This document shows positions 56,715 to 58,991 of a DNA stretch of 58,991 bases, one piece after another. The stretch comes from a virus (Duplodnaviria > Caudoviricetes): positions 1-58,991 of IMG/VR virus record IMGVR_UViG_3300043432_000110. One strand, written 5' to 3'. The notes beneath the pieces are model-generated. The model made no database searches and had not been told where the DNA came from. It saw only the letters and a list, made by a program, of their open reading frames with translations. How positions within the stretch are numbered: the first letter of the stretch is position 1; every line of letters starts with the position of its first letter. A program made the translations under genes and the position numbers.

Positions 56715-57515
56715 ATGATGAAACAAATCAAGTCAATCGTGGCGTTTGTCGCGCTGAAGTGCGGCATCCCTCTCACCCGGACGATGGCCAACGCCGACCC
56801 GGACCCGACAAAGACGGACCTGACGCACAAGGACATGCTTTGGAAGCTGCTCGGGCTGCCGGCGGACGCGAACCCGGACATGGTCAACGAACGGTTCAAG
56901 GCCGCGATGGCGGTTGAGCCGGACGAGGATGACAAGAAGAAGGCCGGGGAACTGAAGGCCGCGAACGAGAAGGTGGCGCAGGCTGACAAGGCCAAGGCAG
57001 AAGCGGACGCAGCAAAGGTCGCTGCCGAAACGGCGATGGCCAACGAGAAGTCCGCCAAGGAAGCCGCTGACGCGAGGGCGAAGCAGGCGACCGAGACGCT
57101 CGCTGCCGCGAACGAGAAGGCCAAGACGCTGGAGACGCAGTTCGCCAACGAGCGGACGGCGCGGATCAAGCTGGAGCTGGACGCGGCCATTATCGCGAAC
57201 AAGATCACCGGCGCGCAGCGCAAGGAGTTCGAAGCGGAGTTCGCCAACGCGGCAGCCTTCGACGCCACGCTGAAGAAGCTGGCTGAGAGCAAGGGCACGA
57301 AGTTGCCGACTACGAGGCAGGCGGCGAACATCGGAGCGCGCAAGCCGCACTTCACGCCCGAGGGCAAGGCGCGGCAGGACAAGATCGCCGAGATGGTGAA
57401 CGAGGAGAGCAAGAAGGCGTGCTACCGTCACCTGCCGGACAACGCCCGCTACTCGCAGTCGTTCACGGCTGTGATGAACGCTCATCCCGAGTTGAAGACG
57501 ACCGAAACCAAGTGA
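56715..57515 (+). CDS. Scaffold protein
   Basis: LWKLLGLPADA then Ala/Lys/Glu coiled coil; follows protease. Confidence 0.75.
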   Translation: MMKQIKSIVAFVALKCGIPLTRTMANADPDPTKTDLTHKDMLWKLLGLPADANPDMVNERFKAAMAVEPDEDDKKKAGELKAANEKVAQADKAKAEADAAKVAAETAMANEKSAKEAADARAKQATETLAAANEKAKTLETQFANERTARIKLELDAAIIANKITGAQRKEFEAEFANAAAFDATLKKLAESKGTKLPTTRQAANIGARKPHFTPEGKARQDKIAEMVNEESKKACYRHLPDNARYSQSFTAVMNAHPELKTTETK

Positions 57516-57521
57516 CGTGAC

Positions 57522-57800
57522 ATGGCTAAACTACCTGAAGTCAAGACGCCGACGGCAACAACGCCGGCAGTTCCCGCGCAAGCTCCCGAGCCGGTCAAGC
57601 CGCCAGAGCCCGCCAAGGCGAAGGCCGTAGAGTTCGTTCCGAGCGGCATGGTCAACGCGATGCAACTCCGCCAGTCAGTAGAGTGGCGCGTGAAGGCCGG
57701 GCTGACGGCCATGCAGGCGTTGGACACGGCGCTGGGCCAGATGCTCAAGGACGAGTATGACGCCTGGGAGCGCAAACAAAAATCACCCGCCAAGGCGTAG
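57522..57800 (+). CDS. Hypothetical head-module protein
   Basis: Pro/Ala-rich N-terminus; between scaffold and cement genes. Confidence 0.65.
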   Translation: MAKLPEVKTPTATTPAVPAQAPEPVKPPEPAKAKAVEFVPSGMVNAMQLRQSVEWRVKAGLTAMQALDTALGQMLKDEYDAWERKQKSPAKA

Positions 57801-57828
57801 GCCAAGGCACAACAAAGGACAAACAAAG

Positions 57829-58326
57829 ATGATGACAACGATCATGGCGCTGAGTGCGCTGGCCTGCGTCCTCGCGTGCGCGTGGCTGTTCAAACGCAAT
57901 CGCGGGACGCTGCTGATGTGCAACACTTACAACGCGCCGAACGCGGGGCGAAACAACTGCGGCGTCAAGACGATGCTGGCGGACGCGGCGATCACGCGGG
58001 GCATGGTGGTGAAGTTCGGGACGGACGAGGACCACGTGGCGGTGACGAGCGCGGCTACCAGCGTGCCTATTGGCATCGCGCTGGACACGGCGGACGCAGC
58101 GGAAGACCCGGTCAGCATCGCGCTGCTCGGGGCTTACACGGGCACGCTCAAGGTGGTGGCTGGCGCGGCGATCACGATTGACGACTGGGTGCAGGGCACG
58201 ACTGCGGGCGTGGCGATCACGTGGGCGGCGACAGGCTACTGCGTGGGGCACGCGCTCCAGGCGGCTCAGGCGGCGGGGGACATCATCGAGATCGCTCCGG
58301 TGGTTGACCCGGTGGTACACGCTTAA
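57829..58326 (+). CDS. Capsid cement protein (DUF2190-like) paralogue 1 with hydrophobic leader
   Basis: TYNAPN...PIGIALD...GHALQAAQAAGDIIE. Confidence 0.75.
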   Translation: MMTTIMALSALACVLACAWLFKRNRGTLLMCNTYNAPNAGRNNCGVKTMLADAAITRGMVVKFGTDEDHVAVTSAATSVPIGIALDTADAAEDPVSIALLGAYTGTLKVVAGAAITIDDWVQGTTAGVAITWAATGYCVGHALQAAQAAGDIIEIAPVVDPVVHA

Positions 58327-58347
58327 CCGAGAAAGGAAACTGAGAAC

Positions 58348-58827
58348 ATGAAACACATTTTCAAGAACATCTGGGCGCGGTTGTTCGGGACGCTGTTCGC
58401 GAACACGACCTACAACGCTCCCAACCAGGGGCGCAGCGCGAACGGCATCAAATCGTTCAAAGCGGACGAGGCGATCACGCGCTTCTTCCTTGTGGAACGC
58501 GGCGTCGGGACGCCGACGGACGAGTACGTGCAGGTGAGCGACAGCGCCACCGACCAAGCACCGCTCGGCATCGCGCTGGACGCAATCAGCACGGCAGAAG
58601 CTGCGGCTGGCGATGTCATAGACGTGGCGGTGCTCGGTGCTTACCACGGCACGCTGCTCGGGGTGGCCAACGCGGCCATCACGGTCGGGGCGCTGATCCA
58701 GAGCGCTGGCAACGGCAAGATCAAGACGAGCGCCACTGGCTACATCATCGGGCGGGCTTTGCAGGCGGCGCAGGCGGATGGGGACATCATAGAGTTCACG
58801 CCGTTCCTGGACCCGGTCAGCACTTAA
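58348..58827 (+). CDS. Capsid cement protein (DUF2190-like) paralogue 2
   Basis: Same motifs as paralogue 1. Confidence 0.78.
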   Translation: MKHIFKNIWARLFGTLFANTTYNAPNQGRSANGIKSFKADEAITRFFLVERGVGTPTDEYVQVSDSATDQAPLGIALDAISTAEAAAGDVIDVAVLGAYHGTLLGVANAAITVGALIQSAGNGKIKTSATGYIIGRALQAAQADGDIIEFTPFLDPVST

Positions 58828-58847
58828 CCCGAAAGGACCAACGAACC

Positions 58848-58991
58848 ATGAAACAATTCATCAAGAACATTTGGGCGCGGCTCTTCGGGCTGTGCATGGC
58901 TAACACGACCTACAACGCGCCGAACGCCGGGGTGAGCCCAACGGGCATTAAGTCATTCAAGGCGGACGCTGCGCTGGCCCGCTACAGCGTG
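58848..58991 (+). CDS. Capsid cement paralogue 3, 5' part (continues across the origin to 463)
   Basis: MKQFIKNIWARLFGLCMANTTYNAPN reads through the duplicated end. Confidence 0.75.
   Translation, partial: MKQFIKNIWARLFGLCMANTTYNAPNAGVSPTGIKSFKADAALARYSV

Noticed and set aside
58865-58991. Biological terminal repeat
   Set aside because: Exactly 127 nt and mid-gene, typical of an assembler k-mer overlap on a circular contig

Overview
Apparently complete circular genome (58,864 bp plus a 127-bp duplicated end, 1-127 = 58865-58991) of a tailed dsDNA phage. It has a Mu-like head module (DUF935-type portal, Mu-type protease, scaffold, three capsid-cement paralogues, major capsid, gp36-like adaptor, MuF), a probably non-contractile tail, lambdoid-style initiator/loader genes and many small early genes. 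I recognised no integrase, CI-like repressor or DNA polymerase. A Verrucomicrobiota-like host is an inference from the Thr-Asn-rich exported proteins. The standout locus sits between portal and protease (53923-55696): an RHH regulator, a structured leader, an array of ~50-58-nt units made of period-5 (GGY-like triplet + variable NN) repeats separated by GGCAGG, a stand-alone Cas7/RAMP-like gene, a conserved partner gene, a fifth unit and a terminator. This looks like a minimal non-CRISPR RNA-guided system whose variable dinucleotides could spell gapped DNA targets. Other notable signals: virion-module proteins with Sec signal peptides and strong TN enrichment, a recurring x-A-N motif in head proteins (candidate maturation site) that also brackets a GNAT domain inside MuF, a degenerate protease paralogue, an oversized tRNA-like RNA, and conserved early-gene operator and pre-ATG motifs. 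All family assignments come from motif recognition by eye; no database searches were run.
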